The translations under genes and the position numbers were made by a program. Below the pieces are notes generated by a model. That model ran no database searches and was not told where the DNA came from. It saw only the letters and a program-made list of their open reading frames with translations. From Eubacteriales bacterium (GTDB lineage: Bacteria > Bacillota > Clostridia > Oscillospirales > CAG-272): a stretch of 64,000 bases of DNA. The stretch lies in contig JAZURO010000233.1 in the NCBI GenBank assembly GCA_045606265.1, forward strand, positions 174 to 64,173, read 5' to 3'. Positions within the stretch are counted from its first letter, which is position 1. Each line of letters opens with the position of its first letter. Below, in pieces: positions 1 through 8,330 of this stretch.

Positions 1-2083
1 CGCCCTGATTATTCTCAGAAAGTGTGTAGAACTGGCAGAAGAAACCTGCATAAGAAACTGCGCAAGGACCTACTGTTGTGTATGTCTTGTCATTTCTTGT
101 ACCGAACCAATAGTCAGCTGCTTCGCCACCTTCGGGAGTTACGCTAGCAATGATTGTATTGTTAGTAGCATCCCAAGTATAAACTGTTGAAGGAGTAGCT
201 TCGTAAGCACCGTTTACGTGTGTGCCGCTAACAACCATGTTTACGTATGTCTTAACACCGTCAACCATGGTGTAGAGATAATAACCGTTATCAGCTGCTT
301 CGAGGTAAAGATCGATAGCTGCATCATAGTTAGTTGTTGAAGCAAGGTAGTATGTCTGAGCCATACCGCCGGCAAGATAGTAAACAGCATTATCAAGGTT
401 GCCCTGGATCATACCGAACTTATAAGCTGTGTCAACTGCGGGAGTTGTAACGATAGTAGGAACGAGAGTAGAGTCGCTGCCGCTACCTGCGGGAACGTCA
501 ATAACTGTTGTACCGCCCTGAGCGATCTGAATTGTTCCGTTGTAAAGAGTTGTTTCACCTGTAACTGTTACCTGGTCACCAACAACAACCTTTGTACCTG
601 TTCTGAAAACAAGGAGTCTGTTGCCCTGGTCATCAGAGATGTAGAAGGAGATGTTATTGAACTGGTCGCTCCATGCCTGATAGATTTCGGATACTGTACC
701 GGAAACTACAACAGAAGTACCTTCAGCAGAAGCAAGAACTTCGGGAATAGTCATTTTTTCAGGTGTAGGAGTGGGTACTTCGCCTGTGCCGGGAACAACT
801 GATTTGATCTCGCCACCTTGAAGTGTTTCGTATTCGCCGTTGTAGTTTTGAATACCTGTTGCAAATACTGTAATTGTGTCGCCAACCTTAATTGTGTCAG
901 CGCCTTCGCCCTTAATTCTGTACAAGATAAATTCTTTACCGTTTACAGTAATCTTAGGAGAAACGTTACCGTATGATGGATCATAATCATACTTAAAGCC
1001 TGTGATAACGCCTGTAACTGTAAAGTTAACATCCATCTGCTGGCCGGGCTCAAGCTTAAAGAGTGCTTCGATAACGTCATCTGTTGTATAATTGTCGGGA
1101 AGAACGGGGAGCTGAGCTTCGGGAAGCTTAATTTCATCGCCGCCTGGGCCGAACAAATAACAAGGATAAGATGTTGCGCTGTTCAAATAAGAAATAGCGG
1201 AACAAGAAATGGATTTATATGTACCGGATGAACCCAAGTAGAACTGTTCGCCGGTTGTAGATGTGTAAACAAGAATGTTACGTTCTGTATCAAATGTGTA
1301 ATACTCTGTGGGAACAGCTGTATCGAATTTAAGTGTACCCTTAGTTGTATCACCATCACGAGGATAAGCAACGATGTATGTCTTAACATCATCCTTCATG
1401 AAGTAAAGTCTAAGACCGCCTTCAACGTTTTCAACCTCTTCAAGGTAAACGTCAACGGATGCCATTACGTCGGTTGTGTATGAGAAATACCAAGCGTAAT
1501 TGTTATAGTTGTTACCGTCAAAGTAAACGATGGGGTCGCCATCTTCACCACCGTGACGGAGAGCAAGCTTATATGCCTTGCCGATTTCGGGGTTCTTGAT
1601 CATACCGCCGGATGCAGCAGCGGAGAGAATAAGTGTGTAGGAAACTGTAGCTTCCTGACCGCCTTCGCTTGTAAGCTTACCTGTAATTGTGTATTCAACG
1701 TCGGAGAGAACTGCTCCCAAGTTGATTACATAAAGACCATCATTATATGTGAATGTTACGTTTTCATTGTCGGATGTCCATTCAATAGAGAAAATTGTCT
1801 TTCCTACGGGAATCTGTGCAATGATTTCATAACCGTCTGCAATTGACGTACCGTTGAGATCCTCATACATGTCGTCAAGCAAATTAACAGCTTCCTGAAT
1901 ATCAGCTTCTGTGTCGGAAGGATTTGTGGGAGTTGTAGGTGTGGTGGGAGTTGTGGGAGTTGTGGGAGTAGTAGTTGATTGCTCGCCACCATTGTTTTCT
2001 TCCGGTTTCATAAACCAATCACAGGAAGCAAGAGTGCTCAACAAGAGCACAAGGACGATGAAGAGAGATAAAAATCTTTTCAT
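1..2083 (-). CDS. Large surface lipoprotein, C-terminus beyond the window edge; two OB-fold modules plus a duplicated ~130-aa domain of unknown function
   Basis: Absent from the ORF track because it runs off the left edge. No stop in this reverse frame, otherwise a >60-aa ORF would be listed. ATG at 2083 with AGGAG about 8 nt upstream. Translation starts MKRFLSLFIVLVLLLSTLASCDWF (lipobox LASC) followed by a (TTP)n linker. OB-like segments: ...VTVTGETTLYNGTIQI and ...ITVFATGIQNYNGEYETLQGGEI. Confidence 0.75.
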   Translation of the reverse strand, partial: MKRFLSLFIVLVLLLSTLASCDWFMKPEENNGGEQSTTTPTTPTTPTTPTTPTNPSDTEADIQEAVNLLDDMYEDLNGTSIADGYEIIAQIPVGKTIFSIEWTSDNENVTFTYNDGLYVINLGAVLSDVEYTITGKLTSEGGQEATVSYTLILSAAASGGMIKNPEIGKAYKLALRHGGEDGDPIVYFDGNNYNNYAWYFSYTTDVMASVDVYLEEVENVEGGLRLYFMKDDVKTYIVAYPRDGDTTKGTLKFDTAVPTEYYTFDTERNILVYTSTTGEQFYLGSSGTYKSISCSAISYLNSATSYPCYLFGPGGDEIKLPEAQLPVLPDNYTTDDVIEALFKLEPGQQMDVNFTVTGVITGFKYDYDPSYGNVSPKITVNGKEFILYRIKGEGADTIKVGDTITVFATGIQNYNGEYETLQGGEIKSVVPGTGEVPTPTPEKMTIPEVLASAEGTSVVVSGTVSEIYQAWSDQFNNISFYISDDQGNRLLVFRTGTKVVVGDQVTVTGETTLYNGTIQIAQGGTTVIDVPAGSGSDSTLVPTIVTTPAVDTAYKFGMIQGNLDNAVYYLAGGMAQTYYLASTTNYDAAIDLYLEAADNGYYLYTMVDGVKTYVNMVVSGTHVNGAYEATPSTVYTWDATNNTIIASVTPEGGEAADYWFGTRNDKTYTTVGPCAVSYAGFFCQFYTLSENNQG

Positions 2084-2166
2084 AAATAGCTCCTTTTTTT
2101 ATTTTTTATTTTAGACAGTGATTTATCACTGATTCTAACATTAATAGAAGTGAGTTATTGTTAATA

Positions 2167-3636
2167 TTAGTGGAAGGTAATATCGTTGATAGAGAAGACC
2201 TGGATCTGATATGTACCAACGCTTGAACCTTCGGGAAGGTAATAGTCAATGGTTCCCTTAACGTCAATAGTCTTATTATAGAACAAATCTTCTGTAATAA
2301 GCTCACCGTTTTCGTCACGAAGAACTATTGTACGAACCTGAATTTCCACACCGTTAACTCTGCAATAAAGAGTCATAGCGCCTGTGGAATCACCTTTTTT
2401 AGTGGTATATACGTCATATATCTCAAGGTTCTTCATAGATACAGAGGAATCCTGAGCAAGGAACATAAAGGGCATTTCCTTGATTACTTCTTCGCCGTCT
2501 ACGATTGTTTCAATCGGAATAAATCCCTGATTGGACTGAACGTCAAAGTGCAAAGGAGTAATTTCCTGATAAGCGGGCTCATGACCTGTGGAAATAAGAT
2601 TCATATTCTTGGAGTTGGAAGTATTCCAAACGTCGTATTTAAGGTCAGTAATTTGATATGAGCCGTTAAACTCACCAACTACGCCTGCAAAACGAACCTT
2701 GTTACCAACCTTCAAAACCTCAAGACCGTATCCGTTAAGACCGGATGTGAGGTAGTATGCGGAAATACCGTAGTAGATACCGTCAGATTCATCATATGAT
2801 TCGATATATACGGAACCGCCGCTGTCTTTAACTATAATGCCTTCAAAAGCAACTCTCTTGCCAATGTATTGGTCAATGTTAACTTTGAGCTCTTTAAGTG
2901 TCATAAATTCGGCATCACCGTAAGGGAAGTCAGGGTCTTTTACGCTTGAAGGTGCGTAAACGTACTGTCTCTTGTCAGCTGCCTGACCGATTGCCTTGTC
3001 ACAAATATCACCGTAGATGCAGTCAGCGGATTTGCTGGAAACAGCAAGACCTTCCTGAAGGATTTCAAGATTAAGGTTTCTGTAATCCTTTGCACCTGGA
3101 GCTTTGTACCATACCCAAACAAGGAATCTTTCACCTGTGGAGTCAACGTTCCAGTTAGCATCTTCACTCTCAATGATGATGGACTCAGCATTTTCGAGCT
3201 TAGATCTTGTGAAATTGGAAGCTTTTTTACCCCAAGGTTCAATTTTACCTGTGGATTCAGGAGTATTGATAGCAAGATATCTTGCTTTAAGAACTCCGTC
3301 AATACCGGGAGTTTTGGAAATATCGTTTATATTTCCTGACTGGTTAATGTAAAAGTGAGTTGTATCACCGTCTATAAACATCTTAACGGTTACTTCCCAT
3401 TTAAGAGTGGGAGATTCCATATCAAGCTTAAGCTGATCTGTGTAATCTATCCATTCATCAACGGGGGGTTCATTACCGCTTGTTGTTGAAGATGTTGTAG
3501 AAGATGTTGTTGTTGAGGATGTTGTGCTTTCTGCCACTGTTGTGGTTGGGGTAGTGAACCAGTCACAAGCCCCAAGCGCACATACAAGTGTGCAGATAAG
3601 AAGAAACATCGATAAAAACTTAATAAAATTCTTCAT
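2167..3636 (-). CDS. Extracellular thermonuclease (SNase-family) lipoprotein with C-terminal OB-fold modules
   Basis: Signal peptide with lipobox (LGACDWF) and a Ser/Thr linker. SNase-like core: DGDTTHF...LKARYLAINTPES...EPWGKKASNFT...ERFLVWVWY...NLNLEILQEGLA. OB-like: GKRVAFEGIIVKDSGGSVYIES...VVGEFNGSYQI. Confidence 0.85.
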   Translation of the reverse strand: MKNFIKFLSMFLLICTLVCALGACDWFTTPTTTVAESTTSSTTTSSTTSSTTSGNEPPVDEWIDYTDQLKLDMESPTLKWEVTVKMFIDGDTTHFYINQSGNINDISKTPGIDGVLKARYLAINTPESTGKIEPWGKKASNFTRSKLENAESIIIESEDANWNVDSTGERFLVWVWYKAPGAKDYRNLNLEILQEGLAVSSKSADCIYGDICDKAIGQAADKRQYVYAPSSVKDPDFPYGDAEFMTLKELKVNIDQYIGKRVAFEGIIVKDSGGSVYIESYDESDGIYYGISAYYLTSGLNGYGLEVLKVGNKVRFAGVVGEFNGSYQITDLKYDVWNTSNSKNMNLISTGHEPAYQEITPLHFDVQSNQGFIPIETIVDGEEVIKEMPFMFLAQDSSVSMKNLEIYDVYTTKKGDSTGAMTLYCRVNGVEIQVRTIVLRDENGELITEDLFYNKTIDVKGTIDYYLPEGSSVGTYQIQVFSINDITFH

Positions 3637-3690
3637 ATCAGCAAATTATATTATTTTGTATTTTTGTACTTATAAACAATTATAAATGAA

Positions 3691-5172
3691 TTATTCTAAG
3701 CAGTATTCGTAATATTTCTGGAATTCAGAATTAATCATACTTGAGTTGTCGCCGTTAAGCTCATATTTTGAGAATATAGATTGAACGAGAAGACCAACCT
3801 GTGTACGAGCATCAGCAGAACCTGCAAATGCGGGAGATGTGAAGTAGTATTCTTCCTGTTCAAGAGCTACCTTAGCAACCAAAGATGTGATGAAGTCACC
3901 ACCGTCAGCTTTTTCAAGGTAATCCTTGTAGATCTGTGTTTCACCAACAGACTTGATTACGGGAACGTAACCGGAATCCATTGAATAACGAGCCTGGAAC
4001 TGCTGGTCAGTTGTGAGGAACTTGAGGAAGAGCCAAGAAGCATAAACTTCCTGAATGTTGTTATCATCTTCAAAGATACAGATTGAAGGACCCTGAGAGA
4101 TAACCTTGGGATTGTTTACGTCAACCTGAGGAAGGGGAACGATACCTACTTCGAAAGGATATTCGCCGTTAACCTTGTCAGGTCTCTGGTATCTTGCACC
4201 TGCGGAAGAACCGATGGACATAAAGATCTTACCTGTTTCATCATTTGCCTTTGTGAAGGAGTCAGATGTGTAAGAACCACCCATAAGAGCAGATGTTGTC
4301 ATCCAACCCTTCTGATACCATTCAGCAAACTTAGCAACAAACTGTTTGTTTGTATCATTTACGAATGTGTAGTGGTTACCTGTTGCACTTGTATAGTTTG
4401 AGCCGTACTGAGCAGCAAGTGTGATGAAGAAGTTTTCTTCTGAGTCATATCCGAGAGGAGTTGACATAGGATATCTTGATTTAAGAAGACTGATAGCGAT
4501 TTCAACGTCGTCCCAAGTTTCGGGAGCAGGGATACCGAGCTGATTAAATACTGTCTTGTTATAATAAAGAACTTCAGTTGATTTCTGGAAGGGGAGAGAG
4601 TACATTTTACCGTCGCCGTATTCCTTACCTTCATTGTAGTAACCTTCGATGAAGTCGTCGAGCTGAGCCTGTGTAAAGCCCATCATTTCGCCTGTACCTT
4701 CAATAACGTTTGTATTGTTGATAAGATCGTCAAGAGTAATTACAGAGTAGGATTTGTTGTAAGTTGCAACGTGGTCGGGATAGCAGAATGCCAAGTTGGG
4801 CTGCTTACCTGCTGTGAGCTTTGTTCTGATCTGGTCAAATACCTTATCGTAGTCACCGTAGGAGAGATGTTCAACCTTGATGTTAGGATACTTTTCGTTA
4901 AATCTTGTGATAGCATCTTCAAGTAACGTTTTGTTTTCCTGACCCATTGTGTGCCAGAACTCAATAGTAACTGCGGAGCCGTCATAAACACCGTTGTAGT
5001 CAGGGCCACTGGGGGGGTTAACGGGACCGCTGGGGTCGGTTGATGATGTTGTGCCGTCTCCGTTGTCATTGGTGGGAGTTGTTGTAGGTGTCTCATTATT
5101 AGGACAAGCCACCAATGAGAACATACTGAGAATCATAGCAACGAGGAGAAATAAGCTAAAAATTCTTTTCAT
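3691..5172 (-). CDS. ABC transporter extracellular solute-binding lipoprotein (family 1, CUT1-type)
   Basis: Start moved to MKRIFSLFLLVAMILSMFSLVAC (lipobox), with AAAGGA RBS upstream of the ATG at 5172. Thr/Pro linker, and VTIEFWHTMG, which is typical of family-1 SBPs. Confidence 0.9.
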   Translation of the reverse strand: MKRIFSLFLLVAMILSMFSLVACPNNETPTTTPTNDNGDGTTSSTDPSGPVNPPSGPDYNGVYDGSAVTIEFWHTMGQENKTLLEDAITRFNEKYPNIKVEHLSYGDYDKVFDQIRTKLTAGKQPNLAFCYPDHVATYNKSYSVITLDDLINNTNVIEGTGEMMGFTQAQLDDFIEGYYNEGKEYGDGKMYSLPFQKSTEVLYYNKTVFNQLGIPAPETWDDVEIAISLLKSRYPMSTPLGYDSEENFFITLAAQYGSNYTSATGNHYTFVNDTNKQFVAKFAEWYQKGWMTTSALMGGSYTSDSFTKANDETGKIFMSIGSSAGARYQRPDKVNGEYPFEVGIVPLPQVDVNNPKVISQGPSICIFEDDNNIQEVYASWLFLKFLTTDQQFQARYSMDSGYVPVIKSVGETQIYKDYLEKADGGDFITSLVAKVALEQEEYYFTSPAFAGSADARTQVGLLVQSIFSKYELNGDNSSMINSEFQKYYEYCLE

Positions 5173-5209
5173 TTTGGTTTTTCCTTTCGTAAATGAATTA
5201 ATATTTGTC

Positions 5210-5240
5210 AAGATCTATTCAAATCTCTTCAATAGATCTT
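5210..5240 (-). promoter_or_regulatory. Intercistronic stem-loop (10-bp perfect inverted repeat, 11-nt loop) between the permease and SBP genes
   Basis: aagatctatt / caaatctcttc / aatagatctt. No U-tract follows on the minus strand, so it is not a canonical terminator. Confidence 0.5.
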
Positions 5241-5255
5241 AAAACCTATAATAAA

Positions 5256-6188
5256 TTAACCCTTGATACCGCTTCTTGAAACACCCTTCATAATGTATTT
5301 TCTGAAGAACATAAATACAATGAAGAGGGGAAGTGAAACGATAGTAACCGCACCCATTTGTACAGGAATGTTAACCTGTGAAGGAACGTTCTGCAACAAA
5401 TTTCTCATGGGGTCGTAGTCAAGAGTGAAGCCTGCATCACGGATACCCTGAGTGATGAGCTTCATATTTTCATCACTGATAACGAGGTTTGGCCATACGT
5501 AAGTATTCCAAGAGCCCATCATTTTAAGAATAGTGATGGAAATAATGGTTGGGAATGAAAGTGGGATCATAACCTTCCAAAGATACTTAAAGTCACTTGT
5601 ACCGTCAACCTTAGCGGCGAGGTAAAGCTCATTAGGAATCTGCAAGAAGTTCTGTCTTAACAAGTAGATGTAGAATACACTGACCAAGAACGGAATAATA
5701 AGAACCTGATAGGTGTTTTCCCACTCAAGCATAGCGATTGTCTGATAGTTCGTAATGGTGAAAAGCTCACCGGGAATCATCATAGTTGCAAGAAGAGCAG
5801 CAAAGAGAGCGTTTTTGCCCTTGAACTCAAGTCTTGCAAAAGCAAATGCAGAGAGAATAGTAATAATGAGAGAAAGTCCTGTTGAAACCAATCCGACAAA
5901 AATTGTATTCAAGAATAATCTTGAAAGATTACCTCTTTGGAAAGCATAAAGGAAGTTTTCAAAGTGGAATTCAAGCGGGAAGAGAGTAGGGGGATTTCTC
6001 ATATACTCAGTTGTGGATTTAAGTGATGAAACTATCATCCAATAGAATGGAAGCAATACAGTAAATGCAACTAATATAAGGAAGGCATAATTAATAACCG
6101 TACCAATTGCTTTGAATACCTTTTGTGTAGCGGTTACTCTGCTGAAATCCTTTTCTTGCATCGTGCGTTTTGTAAGAGAATTAGCCAT
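5256..6188 (-). CDS. ABC transporter permease (MalG/UgpE-like)
   Basis: Multi-TM protein with EAA-type loop LAAKVDGTSDFKYLWKVMIPLSFP. The ATG at 6188 is preceded by AAGGAGG; the track start at 6197 is a GTG. Confidence 0.9.
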   Translation of the reverse strand: MANSLTKRTMQEKDFSRVTATQKVFKAIGTVINYAFLILVAFTVLLPFYWMIVSSLKSTTEYMRNPPTLFPLEFHFENFLYAFQRGNLSRLFLNTIFVGLVSTGLSLIITILSAFAFARLEFKGKNALFAALLATMMIPGELFTITNYQTIAMLEWENTYQVLIIPFLVSVFYIYLLRQNFLQIPNELYLAAKVDGTSDFKYLWKVMIPLSFPTIISITILKMMGSWNTYVWPNLVISDENMKLITQGIRDAGFTLDYDPMRNLLQNVPSQVNIPVQMGAVTIVSLPLFIVFMFFRKYIMKGVSRSGIKG

Positions 6189-6201
6189 TATGCGCACCTC
6201 C

Positions 6202-7170
6202 TTAATACTGTGTCTTCTTGCTGCTTACCTTGAGGTTGATCATAGTAACCACAAAGATAATGGCAAACAAGATAAGAGCAGCGGCGCTGGCGCGGCCTTG
6301 ATTTTCTGCAATATACTTATAGATGTAACCAACCATAGTATTCAGTCGGTATGCCTCACCAACGGGACCCATACTTTCACCAAATACACCGACGATACTT
6401 GTGTACTCCTTAAATCCTCCGATAAAGCCCGTTATAATTACGTATGCGATCATCGGTGAAAGAAGCGGAACAGTAATTCTTGTAAATGTTCTTACTTTTG
6501 ATGTACCGTCAACCTTAGCTGCATCATAGTATTGCTTGTTAACGCTTTGCAAACCTCCAAGAAGAATAAGAATCTTGAAGGGAAGAGCGTTCCAAACGAT
6601 ATAGATTACCATAACGAAGATATTTTGCCAATAGGTCGATTTCGGTCCCAGCCAGTCAATCGGCTCGACTCCGAATAACCCTATTATGTCATTGACAATA
6701 CCTGCCGTAACAATAATCGTTTCACCATTATTCTTAACCGTAGTCATAGTAAACATCGCTGCAAATACGATACCGATTGCAATGGAGTTTGTAACGTAGG
6801 GAAGGAAATAAATGGTTTGAAGTGTTCTGTTAAGGAACTTAATTGAGTTAAGGGAAACTGCAATAACCAACGCAATAAATGTTGAAAGCGGAACTGTCAA
6901 TACGCAAAGGAGGAGTGTGTTTTTAAGGATGTTCACAAACTCTTTGTTCTTAACAACAGTTAAAAAGTTTCCTAAACCAAATGTAAATGGATATGCTTCG
7001 CCACGGGCTTGACCTTTACGCATCCAACCAAGCTCAACTGCTGTATCATATCCTTCAAGGAAGGCAAGTCTAACTGTATTAAAGATTGGCCAAACCGTGA
7101 AGATAAGCAACAGAATTATGGCTGGGGAAAGATACAACCAGGCCTTCCATTGTTGTTTATTATCAACCAT
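6202..7170 (-). CDS. ABC transporter permease (MalF/UgpA-like)
   Basis: Multi-TM protein with EAA-type loop YDAAKVDGTSKVRTFTRITVPLLSP. Only a 4-nt gap to the next permease gene. Confidence 0.9.
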   Translation of the reverse strand: MVDNKQQWKAWLYLSPAIILLLIFTVWPIFNTVRLAFLEGYDTAVELGWMRKGQARGEAYPFTFGLGNFLTVVKNKEFVNILKNTLLLCVLTVPLSTFIALVIAVSLNSIKFLNRTLQTIYFLPYVTNSIAIGIVFAAMFTMTTVKNNGETIIVTAGIVNDIIGLFGVEPIDWLGPKSTYWQNIFVMVIYIVWNALPFKILILLGGLQSVNKQYYDAAKVDGTSKVRTFTRITVPLLSPMIAYVIITGFIGGFKEYTSIVGVFGESMGPVGEAYRLNTMVGYIYKYIAENQGRASAAALILFAIIFVVTMINLKVSSKKTQY

Positions 7171-7181
7171 AGTCGTTCTCC

Positions 7182-8279
7182 TTAGAATTTAATTCTTTCT
7201 TCAGTTTCCTTATTGAAAACAAATACCTTATGAGGTTTAAGTGAGAAGGATACTGTTGATGCGGAGCGATCTATATTCGCATCAGAGCTGATTATGGATC
7301 TTACAACGGGATTTTGAGAGTTGTCGTGTCTTGAAACAACACTTACGTCACGTCCCATAACCTCAACGTTAGAAAGATTTGAAACAAAAGGACCGTTGGG
7401 ATCAAGTGTAAAGCCCTCGGGACGAATACCAACTGTTACCTTCTGATCGGCAACGTTGGGAGTATCAAGAACTGCGGCACCACCGATAAAGAGCTTGCCG
7501 TTTTTAATTTCACCGTCAAATACGTTGATAGGAGGAGTACCAAGGAACTTAGCAACAAAGAGGTTAGCGGGATCATCATAAACATCCTGGGGCTTACCTA
7601 CCTGCTGAACAACACCGAGCTTCATAACAACGATGAAGTCAGAAATGCTCATAGCTTCTTCCTGGTCGTGAGTTACGAAAATTGTTGTGATTCCGGTTTC
7701 CATCTGGATTCTCTTGATTTCTTCACGTGTTTGGAGTCTGAGACGGGCAGCAAGGTTTGAAAGAGGCTCGTCAAGAAGAAGAACACGGGGCATTTTAACA
7801 AGAGCACGGGCAATAGCAACACGCTGTTGCTGACCACCGGAAAGCTCACTGGGCTTTCTGTCCATAAGCTCGTCGATCTGAACAAGCTTTGCCGCCTCGT
7901 ATGCTCTTTCAAGCATAATGGTTTTTGAGAGCTTATCTGCACCCTTAAGATTCTGAAGGGGGAACAAAATGTTCTGCTTTACCGTCATATGAGGATAAAG
8001 TGCATAGTTCTGGAATACCAAGCCAACGCCGCGGCTTTCAGTGGGAAGCTCGGTAACGTCTTCGTTACCAAAGAAGAGCTGTCCTGAAGTTGGTTTTTGC
8101 AAACCGCTAATCATGTAGAGGGTAGTACTTTTACCGCATCCTGAGGGACCGAGCAAGCCAACGAGCTTACCGTCAGGAATTTCGATATTAAAGTTATTTA
8201 CCGCTACAACGTCTTCACCGGCCTTTTTCTTATCGCGATTTGGGAAGACTTTTGTGAGGTTTTTTAATACAACTTTCAT
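7182..8279 (-). CDS. ABC transporter ATP-binding protein (MsmX/MalK/UgpC-like)
   Basis: Walker A GPSGCGKST, signature LSGGQQQRVAIARAL, Walker B LLLDEP, H-loop VTHDQ, and a C-terminal MalK-type regulatory domain. Confidence 0.93.
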   Translation of the reverse strand: MKVVLKNLTKVFPNRDKKKAGEDVVAVNNFNIEIPDGKLVGLLGPSGCGKSTTLYMISGLQKPTSGQLFFGNEDVTELPTESRGVGLVFQNYALYPHMTVKQNILFPLQNLKGADKLSKTIMLERAYEAAKLVQIDELMDRKPSELSGGQQQRVAIARALVKMPRVLLLDEPLSNLAARLRLQTREEIKRIQMETGITTIFVTHDQEEAMSISDFIVVMKLGVVQQVGKPQDVYDDPANLFVAKFLGTPPINVFDGEIKNGKLFIGGAAVLDTPNVADQKVTVGIRPEGFTLDPNGPFVSNLSNVEVMGRDVSVVSRHDNSQNPVVRSIISSDANIDRSASTVSFSLKPHKVFVFNKETEERIKF

Positions 8280-8330
8280 ATAATCTCCATTTCTTATATA
8301 AAAAATTTTTAAGAACTAATTTAGTGGGCA

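Noticed and set aside
1920-1980. Short tandem repeats (gggagttgt units), and similar repeats at about 3480-3545 and 5040-5100
   Set aside because: These are in-frame low-complexity Thr/Pro/Ser linker-coding repeats just after the lipobox cysteines of three lipoproteins. They are not CRISPR or intergenic repeat arrays.
2115-2130. Inverted repeat CAGTGAT-tt-ATCACTG between the nuclease and lipoprotein genes, considered as a terminator
   Set aside because: The loop is too short (about 2-4 nt), and on the transcribed (minus) strand it is followed by an A-rich rather than U-rich tract. It does not fit an intrinsic terminator.
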